DNA from: Candidatus Moraniibacteriota bacterium
GTDB lineage: Bacteria; Patescibacteriota; Minisyncoccia; Moranbacterales; UBA9337
Direction: 5' to 3'
Length of the DNA stretch: 64,000 nucleotides
Assembly (NCBI GenBank): GCA_026985555.1
Contig: JALSQF010000003.1
Span: forward strand, 62,605-126,604
Each line of letters begins with the position of its first letter. Positions within the stretch are counted from its first letter, which is position 1. A program made the translations under genes and the position numbers. Positions 18,547 to 29,728 of this stretch are shown in pieces. The notes beneath the pieces are model-generated. The model was not told where the DNA came from, made no database searches, and worked only from the letters and a program-made list of their open reading frames with translations.

Positions 18547-18784
18547 AGTATCCTCCTTTTCTTTTTTTGATTAACCTTAGCAAAAACAAATTGTTGTTTT
18601 TTTAAACCTCCTTTCTTGTTATTTTTTGCCTCGGTTAATCGTAATCGTTGTTAAATAACCTTTCAAAAGAATGTTAAGGAAAAAACTAATTTTTGTCAAG
18701 AGTTTAATCTTTTGAATAAATATTTTAGAAAAAGCATAATTTATTCTATAATTAAGATAGGTTATTAGAAATAAATTATTTTCT

Positions 18785-19741
18785 ATGTTGAAAAAAATAA
18801 TTTTTTTTATACTCATTCTAGGCGGTCTTTTTTTCTCGGATAATTTTTTTACTTTTCAAAAAAAAATAATTCCAATTGATAATTTTAAATCTCCTCTTTT
18901 TTTAACTAAAAAGCAAAAGTGTTTTCTTCCGTTGCATTATTCTTTAGGAAAATTAGATAATCGTTTTAATCTTACTTCAGAAGAAGCTCGGCAAGCTCTA
19001 TTGCAAGCGGAAAGTATTTGGGAGAAAGCAATTCGTATGAATTTACTGCAATATGATGAAAAAGCTAATTTTAAAATTAATTTTATTTTTGATCAGAGAC
19101 AAGAGCGAACTTTGGCTTATAAAAAACTATATGAACAATTAGATCAAGTTCAAAAAACCAAAGGAAAGATGAGTAAAGAATATCAAGAATTAATTAAGCG
19201 TTATCAGATTAAATTAGATGTTTATCAAAAGAGAGTTAAAAATTTTAATACTGATTTAAGCCAATACAATCAGAAAGTAGCTTATTGGAACAAAGAGGGT
19301 GGAGCGCCATCAGATGAATATAAAAAATTGCAAAAAGAAAAAAAAGAATTAGATAAACGAAGAAATAAAATAGAAACCAAAAGAAAGGAACTGAATAAAC
19401 TAATACAAAAAATAAATTTATTAGCCCAAAAAGAAAAGAAACTAGTGGAAAATTATAATAGCAATGTGAGAAAATACGAAAATAATTATGGTCAAAAATG
19501 TCACTTTGATCAAGGAAAATATTTTGGCGATCATATAGAAATTTATCAGTTTAATAATTATTCAGATTTGATTTTGGTTTTAGCGCACGAATTAGGACAT
19601 GCTTTGCAAATGAAACATGTAATAAATAGCCATTCTATAATGTATTATTTAGCAGGAGATCAAGATTTTAAAAACTTACAACCAACTAAAGAAGATATTG
19701 AAGAATTAAAAAAAGTGCTGAAAGAAAATCATTGTCTTTAA
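18785..19741 (+). CDS. membrane-anchored metzincin-like zinc metalloprotease with a coiled-coil region
   Basis: HELGHALQMKH (HExxHxxxxxH) followed by the SIMYY Met-turn. N-terminal transmembrane helix. Confidence 0.55.
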   Translation: MLKKIIFFILILGGLFFSDNFFTFQKKIIPIDNFKSPLFLTKKQKCFLPLHYSLGKLDNRFNLTSEEARQALLQAESIWEKAIRMNLLQYDEKANFKINFIFDQRQERTLAYKKLYEQLDQVQKTKGKMSKEYQELIKRYQIKLDVYQKRVKNFNTDLSQYNQKVAYWNKEGGAPSDEYKKLQKEKKELDKRRNKIETKRKELNKLIQKINLLAQKEKKLVENYNSNVRKYENNYGQKCHFDQGKYFGDHIEIYQFNNYSDLILVLAHELGHALQMKHVINSHSIMYYLAGDQDFKNLQPTKEDIEELKKVLKENHCL

Positions 19742-19780
19742 AGATTAAGAAATATTAAAAAATTGAATTTTATAAACTAG

Positions 19781-19852
19781 TGTCCCTGATAGGAATTGAA
19801 CCTATATCTAGTCCTTAGGAGGGACTTGTTCTATCCGTTGAACTACAGGGAC
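19781..19852 (-). tRNA. tRNA-Arg (anticodon CCT)
   Basis: 72-nt cloverleaf on the minus strand: acceptor GTCCCTG/CAGGGAC, anticodon loop CTCCTAA, T-loop TTCAATT. Confidence 0.85.
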
Positions 19853-19862
19853 AAAATAAAAA

Positions 19863-21119
19863 TTAAATTAGTTTTCTAATTAAATCGTATTTTTTCAAAG
19901 GTTTACTTAATTCTAAATAATAAATACTTTTATGTCCACCATGGGCAGAAGAAACGGATTCTCTTTTTTCGTTGTAAATTTTGATTATTTTAACAGGATA
20001 ATTGTTTTGAGGAGAAATTATTTCTATTTTATCATTAAGATAAATGGCATTATGAACTTTAATTTTAGTTAAATGATTGCGATAAGTATTATGTAAAACT
20101 TCTCCTACAAATTCATAAGAACTAGTGTTGTGAGAATTTTGAAAATTATGACCAGGTTCATTGCCCAAGAGAAATCCAGTGGTATAACCACGATGAATTA
20201 AAGAATTTAAATTAGTTTGTTCTTGTAAAAGGGCCAAATCTAAATTTTTTCTGGTTGTATTTTTTTCTAGTAAACGAGCTATCTTACTATAGGCTTTCAC
20301 AACGGTAGCTAAATAATAAACACTTTTATTGCGTCCTTCTATTTTAAAGGAACTAATCCCAGCTTTTTTAAGGGCAGATAAATAATGTAACAAATTAAGA
20401 TCTTGACTATTGAAAAAATAAGTGCCGTGCTGATCTTCCTCTAAATCTATCTCAAATTTTTTAGTTTGATCTTCCACACTCATAGTTTTTATGGTTTCTT
20501 TTTTCTGTTGGTAAAGCCAACGACAGGGTTGAGCGCAATCTCCTAAATTAGCGCTTCTTCCCGTCATCCATTTGCTTAAAATACAACGTCCCGAATAACT
20601 CATACACATAGCTCCATGAACAAAATATTCTAATTCTACTTCAGGCACTTTCTGGTGAATTTCTTTAATTTCTTGAAGAGTAACTTCTCTAGCTAAAATA
20701 ATTCTTTTAACACCTTGTTTTTGCCAGAATCTAACCGCTTGCCAATTAGTAGCATTGGCTTGAGTGGATAAATGAATTTCTATTTGAGGCAAATATTTTT
20801 TAACTAATTCTAAAATTCCAGGATCACTTATAATTATTCCATCTACAGGTATTTTTTTAATTTTGTAGAGATGTTTTTCTAATAAAGGGAGATGGCGATT
20901 ATGAGCGTAAATATTAAGGGTTAGATAAAATTTTTTCTTTTTTTTATGAGTATAGGTAACTCCTTTTTTTAATGTAGGTAGAGTAAAATCATTAATTCTA
21001 GCGCGCAAGGAAAAATCAGGCACGCCAGCATAAACAGCGTTAGCTCCATAGTTTAAAGCATATTGCATTTTGGAAAAACTTCCTGCAGGAGCTAATATTT
21101 CTAGAGATTTATTTTTCAT
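19863..21119 (-). CDS. peptidase U32 family protein
   Basis: N-terminal LEILAPAGS...AVYAG and cysteine-rich C-terminal blocks characteristic of the U32 (collagenase-like / RlhA) family. Confidence 0.7.
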   Translation of the reverse strand: MKNKSLEILAPAGSFSKMQYALNYGANAVYAGVPDFSLRARINDFTLPTLKKGVTYTHKKKKKFYLTLNIYAHNRHLPLLEKHLYKIKKIPVDGIIISDPGILELVKKYLPQIEIHLSTQANATNWQAVRFWQKQGVKRIILAREVTLQEIKEIHQKVPEVELEYFVHGAMCMSYSGRCILSKWMTGRSANLGDCAQPCRWLYQQKKETIKTMSVEDQTKKFEIDLEEDQHGTYFFNSQDLNLLHYLSALKKAGISSFKIEGRNKSVYYLATVVKAYSKIARLLEKNTTRKNLDLALLQEQTNLNSLIHRGYTTGFLLGNEPGHNFQNSHNTSSYEFVGEVLHNTYRNHLTKIKVHNAIYLNDKIEIISPQNNYPVKIIKIYNEKRESVSSAHGGHKSIYYLELSKPLKKYDLIRKLI

Positions 21120-21254
21120 AAACTATATTAAGATTTTATTTTTTAAATTTAATTAATCATAATATAAATAAAAAGTTTTACAAGTTTTTTATATTATCCT
21201 TGCCTTTTTTTGAAATAATAGTTACAATTTCAAAGTAATTTTTTAGATATTTAT

Positions 21255-22316
21255 ATGGAAATTCAAAAAGCATTGAGAGATTTTAAAACTAAAGTAGATA
21301 TAGAAATAGAAAAATATTTAAACAAAGTTATTCAAGAATCATCTAAAGAAGACAGATTTATAACTAATGCTTTAAAATATATTAAAAAGTTTTCTCTCAG
21401 CGGGGGAAAAAGGTTACGTCCTGCTTTAATGTATTACGCTTATTTGGGCGTAGGTGGAAAAAAGAGACAAGAAATATTAAAAACTTCTGTGGCTATAGAG
21501 TTAATTCATATTTTTCTCTTAATTCATGATGATATTATTGATAAAGATTTTAAGAGGCACAATGTAGATACAGTTAATTATTATTATCAAAAAATTGGAA
21601 AAAAAATGTTTCAAGATGAAGAACATTTTGGTAACTCTATGGCAATTATTTTAGGTGATATGGTGGGAGCATTAGGTAATCAAATAATTTTTCAATCCAA
21701 ATTTTCTTCTGATTTAATCATTAAAGCTTTAGATAAATTACAATCTATTGTTTCTATGACGGTTATAGGTGAAGCGCAAGATGTTTATATTAGTTACAAA
21801 AAACGCGCCACAGAAAAGGAAATTTTAAAAATGTATGAGAATAAAACAGCCAAGTATTCTTTAGAGGGGCCAATGCATTTAGGAGCAATTTTAGGAGGAG
21901 CGACACAGAAAGATTTAAATAAAATTAGTCAGTTTTCTCTTCCTTTGGGAATTGCTTTTCAAATTCAAGATGATATTTTAGGCATTTATGGGGATGAGAA
22001 AAAACTAGGTAAACCCATAGGATCTGATATTAGAGAAGGGAAACAAACCATTTTATTGATAAAAGCATTAAAAAAAGTTAATTCAAAAGAAAAAAAATTT
22101 ATGCAAAGTTTAATTGGAAAAAATAGAATTACTCTAAAAGAGATACGAGCTTATCGTCAAATAATGGAAAAAACGGGCGCAAAAAAATATGCGCAACAAT
22201 TAGCGCAAAGAAAGATAGATGAAAGTAAAAAAATTATTCATCAATTAAAATGGAATTTGACCGCTAAAAATTTTTTATTAGGAGTAGCTGATTATATGCA
22301 AGAAAGAGAGATTTAA
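21255..22316 (+). CDS. polyprenyl diphosphate synthase (trans-isoprenyl)
   Basis: LIHDDIIDKD (first DDxxD) and FQIQDDILG (second). Confidence 0.8.
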   Translation: MEIQKALRDFKTKVDIEIEKYLNKVIQESSKEDRFITNALKYIKKFSLSGGKRLRPALMYYAYLGVGGKKRQEILKTSVAIELIHIFLLIHDDIIDKDFKRHNVDTVNYYYQKIGKKMFQDEEHFGNSMAIILGDMVGALGNQIIFQSKFSSDLIIKALDKLQSIVSMTVIGEAQDVYISYKKRATEKEILKMYENKTAKYSLEGPMHLGAILGGATQKDLNKISQFSLPLGIAFQIQDDILGIYGDEKKLGKPIGSDIREGKQTILLIKALKKVNSKEKKFMQSLIGKNRITLKEIRAYRQIMEKTGAKKYAQQLAQRKIDESKKIIHQLKWNLTAKNFLLGVADYMQEREI

Positions 22317-22357
22317 TTATGGACAATCATAATTTGTTTTGTTAAAATGGTATTGTT

Positions 22358-23080
22358 ATGAAAAATAAAGGAAAAACAAAAAAAATAATGCCACAACATT
22401 TAGTAATAATCCCTGATGGTAATCGTCGTTGGGCAAGGAAACGTCATAAAAAACCATGGAAAGGACATGAAGCAGGAGCAGAGGCAATAGAAATTTTAGT
22501 GCGTCAAGGATTAAAACTGGGAGTAAAAAATATGTCTTTTTGGGGATCATCTCTAGATAATCTAAGTAAAAGGCCATGGCAAGAAACGAGAGCGTTATTA
22601 AAGATTTATGAAAAGTATTTTAAGCGATTATTAGAAAGTAAAGATATTGAAAAATATAAAGTGAGAATAAATATCATTGGACGTTGGGAAGAGCAATTTC
22701 CTCGTAGATTAAAAAAAATTTTAAAAGACGGTATTAAAAAAACAAGATCCTATAAAGAAAGAACTCTTAATTTCTTCTTAGCTTATAATGGAGATGATGA
22801 AATGTTACAAACGATTAAGAAAATAGTGGAGAAATATAATTCAGCCAAAAAAATAACAAAAAAAGTTATTAAGGAACATTTAATGACTAAAGATTTGCCA
22901 GAAGTGGATTATTTGATTAGAACAGGAGGAGAACCTCATTTAAGCGCTGGTTTTATGATGTGGGATACAGCTAATGCTCAATTATATTTTTCTGACAAAC
23001 TTTTTCCTGATTTCAAGGGGAGCGAGTTAAAATTGGCCCTAGAAGAATTTTCACAAAGAGAAAGAAGAAAAGGAAAGTAA
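22358..23080 (+). CDS. uppS: undecaprenyl diphosphate synthase
   Basis: IIPDGNRRWA signature. Alternative start at 22386 (MPQH). Confidence 0.85.
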   Translation: MKNKGKTKKIMPQHLVIIPDGNRRWARKRHKKPWKGHEAGAEAIEILVRQGLKLGVKNMSFWGSSLDNLSKRPWQETRALLKIYEKYFKRLLESKDIEKYKVRINIIGRWEEQFPRRLKKILKDGIKKTRSYKERTLNFFLAYNGDDEMLQTIKKIVEKYNSAKKITKKVIKEHLMTKDLPEVDYLIRTGGEPHLSAGFMMWDTANAQLYFSDKLFPDFKGSELKLALEEFSQRERRKGK

Positions 23081-23137
23081 AAGTAATAAAAGTAAAAAGA
23101 TTATTTATTAAATTAATAATTATTAAAATAAAACAAT

Positions 23138-23842
23138 ATGAGAAAAAAAATATTTCTAGCTATGTTTTTAGTAGCAGGAGTAATCCTTTTAGGAGGATGT
23201 AAGAAAAAAGAAACTCAACAAAATCAAATAAATACTTCCAAAGGATTATCTCAAAATAAACAAAATACAAATCAACAAAACATAAACAATAATCAACAAA
23301 CAAAAGAAAATAAACTAAGTAATTTGCCAGAATCTGTGAAAAAATTATTTTTATCTGGCAAAAAAATAAAATGTGTTTATAGTGATTCTGAATTAGGTAA
23401 TGGTAGTGTTATGGTGACAACTTATGTAGATACTAAAAGTAAAAATTATAAAACAGTTTTTACAAGTGCAGAGGGTAAAAAGAATACAGTAATTTTTGAC
23501 GGAGAAACTATGTATATGTGGACAGAGGGAGAAGAATCTGGTACAAAAATGGATCAGAGTTGTATTAAAAAATTAAAAGGTAGTTCCGATGTAGAACCTA
23601 ATTCAGAAGAAACTATTGAAGATGAGAAAGATGACAGTGAGTCTGTTGATATAGAGAAAAAATTGTCTCAAGGAGAAAATGTTAAGTGCGAAGCTATATC
23701 TAGTATAGATTTATCAGTTCCCAAAAATGTTAATTTTGTAGATCAGTGCGCTATGTTAGAAAAACAACAAAAAGCATTGAAAGGGCTAGAAAAGCAAATG
23801 GAAAATATACCTCAAATGCCAACGGGAGCTGAACCGAAATAA
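23138..23842 (+). CDS. lipoprotein, hypothetical
   Basis: Signal peptide with LGGC lipobox; Gln/Asn-rich linker. Confidence 0.45.
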   Translation: MRKKIFLAMFLVAGVILLGGCKKKETQQNQINTSKGLSQNKQNTNQQNINNNQQTKENKLSNLPESVKKLFLSGKKIKCVYSDSELGNGSVMVTTYVDTKSKNYKTVFTSAEGKKNTVIFDGETMYMWTEGEESGTKMDQSCIKKLKGSSDVEPNSEETIEDEKDDSESVDIEKKLSQGENVKCEAISSIDLSVPKNVNFVDQCAMLEKQQKALKGLEKQMENIPQMPTGAEPK

Positions 23843-23877
23843 ACGAAACATTTCAATCAGAAAAACAAAACTACTTT

Positions 23878-24801
23878 TTAAAAAGTAGTTTTGTTTTTTA
23901 ATAATGAAATAGCTATAGATTTATTTTTTATAAGATGGATAGTTTTGGTTTTTTTAAATTTTTTTATCCAAGTTAATTGACGTTTAGCGTAATTTTTTTC
24001 TGCTAAATAAATTTTTTCTTTTAACTTTTTTAAATTTTCATCTGTGTTTGGTTCTTTTTTTAAAAATTGAGATATGAGATAAAAACTTAAACCCAATCTT
24101 TCAATCTGTTTCCAGGTGTAACCTTTTTCATTTAATCTTTTAATTTCTTCTATCATATTTTGTTTCCAACGAATTTCAACATTTTTTTTAATCCTCTTCT
24201 TTAATTCTTCCCAGTTGTAATAAGGATACAAAAAAATAAAGTCATAAGGAGGGGGATTATACTGAAGAGGAGGAATATCACCTAGAGAATTGATAATTTC
24301 TAAAGCTCTGATTAAGCGTATTTTGTTGTGCGGACCAATTCTATGAGCTTGTTGAGGATTTCTTTTTTTTAGTTTTTGAAATAATTGAGAAGCAGTTTTT
24401 TGTTCCAGTTGTTTTCTTAAATGGAAATTGGGTTGAACTTGAGGAAATTGTTGTCCTTTGATTAAGGCATAAATCCAAAAAATACTCCCACCACAAATAA
24501 TAGGGAGTTTATTTTTTTTGAATATTCTTGGAATAAGTTCAGTTGTTTTCTTTTGAAAATCAACCACATTAAAGTTTTTATTTAAAGAAAGAAAACTAAT
24601 GAGATGGTGAGGTATATTTTTATAAGGATCTTTATTAATAGGAACAGCTCCTGTGTTAATTTCTGTATGGCGATAAATTTGACGAGAGTCTGCTGATATA
24701 ATTTCTCCTTGAAAATGAGAAGCTATCTCAACAGCCAAACTAGATTTACCAGAGGCAGTGGGTCCTAAAATAACAATAATTTTATTTTTTTTCTTTTGCA
24801 T
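23878..24801 (-). CDS. miaA: tRNA dimethylallyltransferase
   Basis: GPTASGKS P-loop, ADSRQIY motif. Confidence 0.85.
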   Translation of the reverse strand: MQKKKNKIIVILGPTASGKSSLAVEIASHFQGEIISADSRQIYRHTEINTGAVPINKDPYKNIPHHLISFLSLNKNFNVVDFQKKTTELIPRIFKKNKLPIICGGSIFWIYALIKGQQFPQVQPNFHLRKQLEQKTASQLFQKLKKRNPQQAHRIGPHNKIRLIRALEIINSLGDIPPLQYNPPPYDFIFLYPYYNWEELKKRIKKNVEIRWKQNMIEEIKRLNEKGYTWKQIERLGLSFYLISQFLKKEPNTDENLKKLKEKIYLAEKNYAKRQLTWIKKFKKTKTIHLIKNKSIAISLLKNKTTF

Positions 24802-24923
24802 AAAGATTAGTTTGCCTTTTTAATATATAATGTTATTATAAAACTAAGTTTAAGAAAAAAAGTCAATATTTTTTAAATTTCTTAACTTTAGTTTTTTTGA
24901 TAAAAAAAGAAAGGAGGATAAAA

Positions 24924-25256
24924 ATGAGTCTTTTTTCTGCAGGGATATTGTGCGGGGAATGTTATAGGTTAAAAGGAGATGACGAAAAAAGTTCTCGTCA
25001 AAAAATAAGATACAGAATAGAGGTTTTAGAATGTCTTCAAAAATTTAGAAATGCAGAAGTGTTAGTGTGTTTGGATGAGGAAGATATAGTTGGAGTAATA
25101 AATTTGACAGATTATTTAAGTAGATGTTGTTTTTTTTGCCAAGGAGATATGCCCTTGGTTTATGAAGAAATTAAAAAAATGTTAGAACAATCTGAAATCA
25201 AGGAGGGAATAGAGCGAAAATTAGAAGTGATTAATTTTCGTAAAAAAATAGAATAA
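24924..25256 (+). CDS. hypothetical Cys-rich small protein
   Basis: AAGGAGG RBS 8 nt upstream. CGEC and CCFFC cysteine clusters. Confidence 0.4.
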   Translation: MSLFSAGILCGECYRLKGDDEKSSRQKIRYRIEVLECLQKFRNAEVLVCLDEEDIVGVINLTDYLSRCCFFCQGDMPLVYEEIKKMLEQSEIKEGIERKLEVINFRKKIE

Positions 25257-25289
25257 CTTTTTTATAAGCAATCTCTTATAAGAGATTGC

Positions 25290-25877
25290 TTATTTTATTT
25301 TTTGGCGGTTTATTAAAGCGCTAGAAAGGGTTATTTCATCGGCGTATTCAATATCTCCTCCTGTGCTAAGTCCTCTAGCTAAGCGAGTAATTTTTATTGG
25401 ATATGATTTTAACTTTTCTTTGAGATAAAAAGCAGTTAAATCTCCTTCTGTAGTAGGGTTAGTGGCGATAATTAACTCCTCTGTTTGTTCTTTTTTTATT
25501 CTGTGAATTAATTGATTAACATTAAGATATTTAATTTTTTCTTCATTTTCTATAGTTCCTCCTAAAACATGATAAAGTCCTTGATATTTTTTAGTTTTTT
25601 CTAAAGCAATAATATCTAAAGGATCTTCTACCACGCATATTATTTTTTGGTTGCGGTTATTATTGTTGCAAATTTCACAATATTTTGTTTCGGCTAAATT
25701 ATAACAACGTTGACAGCTTTTTAAATTCTTTAGAGCTAATAAATTTTTAGCGAAATCGTCTATAATTTCTTTTTTCTGTTTGAAAAGATGGAGGACTAGT
25801 CTTTCTGCTAAACGAGGTCCAATGGATGGTAATTGAGAAAAATTATTGATTAATTTTTGAAAAGTTTTTGGATACAT
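25290..25877 (-). CDS. recR: recombination protein RecR
   Basis: C4 zinc finger CQRC...CEIC plus Toprim domain. Confidence 0.85.
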   Translation of the reverse strand: MYPKTFQKLINNFSQLPSIGPRLAERLVLHLFKQKKEIIDDFAKNLLALKNLKSCQRCYNLAETKYCEICNNNNRNQKIICVVEDPLDIIALEKTKKYQGLYHVLGGTIENEEKIKYLNVNQLIHRIKKEQTEELIIATNPTTEGDLTAFYLKEKLKSYPIKITRLARGLSTGGDIEYADEITLSSALINRQKIK

Positions 25878-25892
25878 AATTTTTTATTTTAA

Positions 25893-27284
25893 TTAAGTAT
25901 TCTCTTCTGCAAAATTTTCTGTGGCAGAATGAATTTTTTCTAAAGACTGAAAAGTAGTAGAGTTTTCATTAAAGTAAAGTTGTATTTTCCCCACTGGTCC
26001 GTTACGATGTTTAGCTACAAGAACATCTACTATGTTTTTATTAGGAGTATCAGGTTTTTCTCTGTCTTCTCTGTATAAAAACATAACAACATCAGCATCT
26101 TGCTCAATTGATCCAGATTCTCTTAAATCTGAAAGTTTAGGGATTTGAGGAGAACGTGATTCCACTTGACGAGAAAGTTGTGACAAAGCAATTACGGGAA
26201 CATTTAATTCACGGGCTAACTGTTTTAAAGAACGAGAAATTTCCGAAATTTCTTGAACACGGTTGTCTCCTCCACGTGAACGACCTTCCATTAATTGTAA
26301 GTAATCAATGATAATAACTCCTAATTGATGTTCCGCTTGTAATCTTCTGGCCATGGTGCGCATTTCCATAATATTAGCTGAACCAGTGTCGTCAATATAA
26401 ATAGGAGCTTCAGAAAGAATTCCCATAGCGTTGCTAATTTTCTCAAAATCACTTCCATTTTCTTTATCTCTTAATCGCCCGGTGCGTAAACGCCATAAAT
26501 CTATTTTTGCTTCAGCTGCTATCATTCTATCAATAAGTTGATCAGCTGACATTTCTAAGCTAAATATTCCTACAGGAGTTTTATTTTTTGTGCCAATATA
26601 ACGTGCTAAATCAAGAGCTAAAGTAGTTTTTCCAATGGAAGGGCGTGCTGCTAGAATAATTAAATCGGATTTTTGAAAGCCAGCTAGAAGATTATCTAAA
26701 TCAGGAAATCCGCTAGGGATGCCTCTTAATTCTCCTTTATTTTTATGCAATTCATCAATGCGGTTAAAGGCTTCTTCTAAAATGGACTTTATAGGAACAA
26801 AATCTTGTTTAATATATTTTTGAGATATAGCAAAAAGTTTTTGTTCTGCTTCGTCTAATATTTTTTCTGTGTCCTCACTTTCATTATATCCTAGTTCTAT
26901 TATCTCTGTGGCTGTGGTAATCAATTTTCTCAAAAGAGATTTTTTTTGGACTAATTTAGCATAATAAACAATATTAGAAGCAGAAGCTACGGAATTAATT
27001 AAGGAGGCTAAGTAAGAAGATCCGCCTACTTCTTCTAATTGATTTTTTTCTTCTAAACGGCTAGAAACACTAAGCATATCTAAAGGTTCTTGTTTTTCGT
27101 ATAAATCTAACATAGCTTCATAAATAAGAGAGTGTTTGTTTTGATAAAAATCATTACTTTTCAAAATGTCAGCTACTTTAATAATACTATCTTTTTCCAG
27201 CATTAAAGCGCCTAAAACGGATTGTTCGGCTTCAATATTATGTGGTGGTGTTTTGGCTTCTTTTTTTTGTTCTTTCATAAACAA
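25893..27284 (-). CDS. dnaB: replicative DNA helicase DnaB
   Basis: Walker A ARPSIGKTT, SLEMS, characteristic N-terminal domain. Confidence 0.9.
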   Translation of the reverse strand: MFMKEQKKEAKTPPHNIEAEQSVLGALMLEKDSIIKVADILKSNDFYQNKHSLIYEAMLDLYEKQEPLDMLSVSSRLEEKNQLEEVGGSSYLASLINSVASASNIVYYAKLVQKKSLLRKLITTATEIIELGYNESEDTEKILDEAEQKLFAISQKYIKQDFVPIKSILEEAFNRIDELHKNKGELRGIPSGFPDLDNLLAGFQKSDLIILAARPSIGKTTLALDLARYIGTKNKTPVGIFSLEMSADQLIDRMIAAEAKIDLWRLRTGRLRDKENGSDFEKISNAMGILSEAPIYIDDTGSANIMEMRTMARRLQAEHQLGVIIIDYLQLMEGRSRGGDNRVQEISEISRSLKQLARELNVPVIALSQLSRQVESRSPQIPKLSDLRESGSIEQDADVVMFLYREDREKPDTPNKNIVDVLVAKHRNGPVGKIQLYFNENSTTFQSLEKIHSATENFAEENT

Positions 27285-27413
27285 AATTGTTAGTTAATTT
27301 ATAATAACTTGATTTTAAAAAAAAGCAAATTTTATTTCATAAAAAATAAAATAAAAACCGTTATTAACGGCTTTTATTTTATAAATTTATTTTTAATAGA
27401 ACAAGATATTAAA

Positions 27414-27950
27414 TTATTTTATATCAGGATAAATTTTTAAAGCATCATTAAAACGATTAGTAAAGTTAAATAAGCCTACCACTGCAGTAATTTCTACGAT
27501 TTCTTTGTCTGAAAAATTTTCTTTCATTTTTTCTAAAAGCTCATTGCTAATTTTAAATGCTTCTTGAGTAACTTCTTTAGCATATTCTAAAGCTATTTTT
27601 TCTTTTTCATCGGAAACATCTTCTAATTTTGCAATATCTTCTTCTTGAATACCCATACTTTTCATTTTCATTTTAGTAATATCCACACAAAGTTCACACT
27701 TATTTAGTTCTGAAACTACATAAGCCACTTTCCATTTTAGTAAAGCATTAACAGGTTCATTATCCATTAGTGATTTGAATAATGCCATAAAACCAACTAA
27801 AGTATCTTCACAATTAGCCATAACCCGCATCCATTTAGGAACTTCTCCTGCTGTTTCTTTCATATGTTGAAATATTTCTTGAGTTTTTCCTTGTGCTTCT
27901 TCATCGGAAACCATATGGACAATGGGTTGATTGATTTTATTTTGAGACAT
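27414..27950 (-). CDS. carboxymuconolactone decarboxylase / AhpD-like family protein
   Basis: CMD-domain-like helical protein with a KCELC motif. Confidence 0.5.
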   Translation of the reverse strand: MSQNKINQPIVHMVSDEEAQGKTQEIFQHMKETAGEVPKWMRVMANCEDTLVGFMALFKSLMDNEPVNALLKWKVAYVVSELNKCELCVDITKMKMKSMGIQEEDIAKLEDVSDEKEKIALEYAKEVTQEAFKISNELLEKMKENFSDKEIVEITAVVGLFNFTNRFNDALKIYPDIK

Positions 27951-28175
27951 TTTTTTGTAGGTTAATCTTATTATATATCTATTATAGCATAATTATCTAT
28001 TTTTAACAAATTTTTGGACTAGTGTTGCGACATTTTTAATAAATTTTTTAAATTTATCTTTTGAGATTTTTAAGAATATAGATTTTAGAAGTTTTTTTAA
28101 AATAGAATATGTTTAGTTTTAATCAAAAATTATATTAAAAAAGTTGAATCAACTGATAAAATTTTTAAAAAATGC

Positions 28176-28223
28176 TTCTGGCTATTTAAATATCCATTTA
28201 AATGGATATTTAAATAGCCAGAA
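28176..28223. repeat. 48-bp palindrome copy 3
   Basis: Identical core. Confidence 0.95.
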
Positions 28224-28292
28224 AAAAAAGAAGAGAATTGAAAAAGATAAAAGATAAAAAAATAAAAGATGTTTATAATTATAAAATATAAA

Positions 28293-28520
28293 TTAAAATT
28301 GGGAGAAAACGGAAAAAGATCTAAAATCTAAATGAAAAAATAAGTTAAGATTTAATATAAGAAGTAAGCCAAAGACCATAATAAAAATACTAAGCATTAT
28401 TAAACTATGTGTTTTATTGATAGAATATTTAACAATGTGATAAATAATAAACAAACCTGCGACAAGAAAACTTAAGATAATAATTAGATATAAAAGAGAA
28501 AAAATATTTTTTAATAACAT
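28293..28520 (-). CDS. small membrane protein, hypothetical
   Basis: Two predicted transmembrane helices. Confidence 0.3.
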   Translation of the reverse strand: MLLKNIFSLLYLIIILSFLVAGLFIIYHIVKYSINKTHSLIMLSIFIMVFGLLLILNLNLFFHLDFRSFSVFSQF

Positions 28521-28538
28521 AGATTTTCAATTATTTAT

Positions 28539-29549
28539 TTAAATTAATTTTTGTTGTTGCGCTTGAGTAAATTTGTAACCCAAATGGTCATAAGCGTTTT
28601 TTGTAACTACTCTTCCGCGAGGTGTTCTGGCTAAAAATCCTATTTGAATCAAAAAGGGTTCATAAACATCTTCAATGGTTCGTATTTCTTCTGCTGTAGC
28701 GGCGGCTAATGTTTGAATTCCAACAGGACCACCTTGAAATTTTTCAATGATAGTTTTAATAATTTCTCTGTCAGTGGGTTCTAGACCAAAATTATCAATT
28801 TCTAAAGTGTTTAATGCTTCTTGAGATATTGATTCATCAATTATTGGTTTGTTTTTAATTTGAGCGAGATCGCGAACTCTTTTTAATAAACGGTTAGCAA
28901 TACGAGGAGTTTGTCGGCTACATTGGGCAATAATTTTTGATCCTTTTTCATCTATTTCAATGTTTAAAATTTTACTAGAACGTTGAATAATTTTTTGAAT
29001 TTCTTCAGTAGTATAAAATTCCAAGCGATTAATAACTCCAAATCTATTGCGAAGGGGATTAGAAATAGATCCTAAACGTGTCGTAGCACCGATAAGGGTA
29101 AATTTTGGCAAATCCAGTTGAAGTGTTCTAGCAGAAGGTCCTTTGCCTACGATTATGTCTAATTTATAATCTTCCATAGCAGGGTAGAGAATTTCTTCTA
29201 CTAATTTATTAAGGCGATGAATTTCATCAATAAATAAAACATCTCCATCTTGTAAATTGGTTAAGATAGATCCTAAATCTCCTACTTTTTCAATAGCTGG
29301 ACCAGAAGTTATTTTAATATTAACATTCATTTCTTTAGCTATGATATGAGAAAGAGTTGTTTTTCCTAGTCCAGCTGGTCCATAAAGAAGAACATGTTCA
29401 ATAGCTTCTTTTCTTTTTTTGGCGGCTTCTATTAGAATTTTAAGATTTTTTTTAGTTTTTTCTTGTCCAACGTATTCCTGAAAATTTTGAGGACGAAGGG
29501 TTTGATCTAATTGAATATCTTCTGATTGTTCTTGAGAATTGGTAATCAT
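28539..29549 (-). CDS. ruvB: Holliday junction ATP-dependent DNA helicase RuvB
   Basis: [13 protein letters not shown] Walker A, sensor motifs. Start placed at MITNSQ. The ORF track extends to 29651. Confidence 0.85.
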   Translation of the reverse strand: MITNSQEQSEDIQLDQTLRPQNFQEYVGQEKTKKNLKILIEAAKKRKEAIEHVLLYGPAGLGKTTLSHIIAKEMNVNIKITSGPAIEKVGDLGSILTNLQDGDVLFIDEIHRLNKLVEEILYPAMEDYKLDIIVGKGPSARTLQLDLPKFTLIGATTRLGSISNPLRNRFGVINRLEFYTTEEIQKIIQRSSKILNIEIDEKGSKIIAQCSRQTPRIANRLLKRVRDLAQIKNKPIIDESISQEALNTLEIDNFGLEPTDREIIKTIIEKFQGGPVGIQTLAAATAEEIRTIEDVYEPFLIQIGFLARTPRGRVVTKNAYDHLGYKFTQAQQQKLI

Positions 29550-29728
29550 AAAAGTAAATAGTTTAATTTTAAAATAATAAAATGATACAGATAAACTTAT
29601 TTTATTATAATTTATATTTAAAATTATATCAGCACTTGACAAAAAAATCAAAGCATGCTAGTCTTGAAAGTCATCAGTAATTTAAGATAAAAAAATAAAT
29701 AGTAAGTAAGAATTAAATTCTTTTTAAT

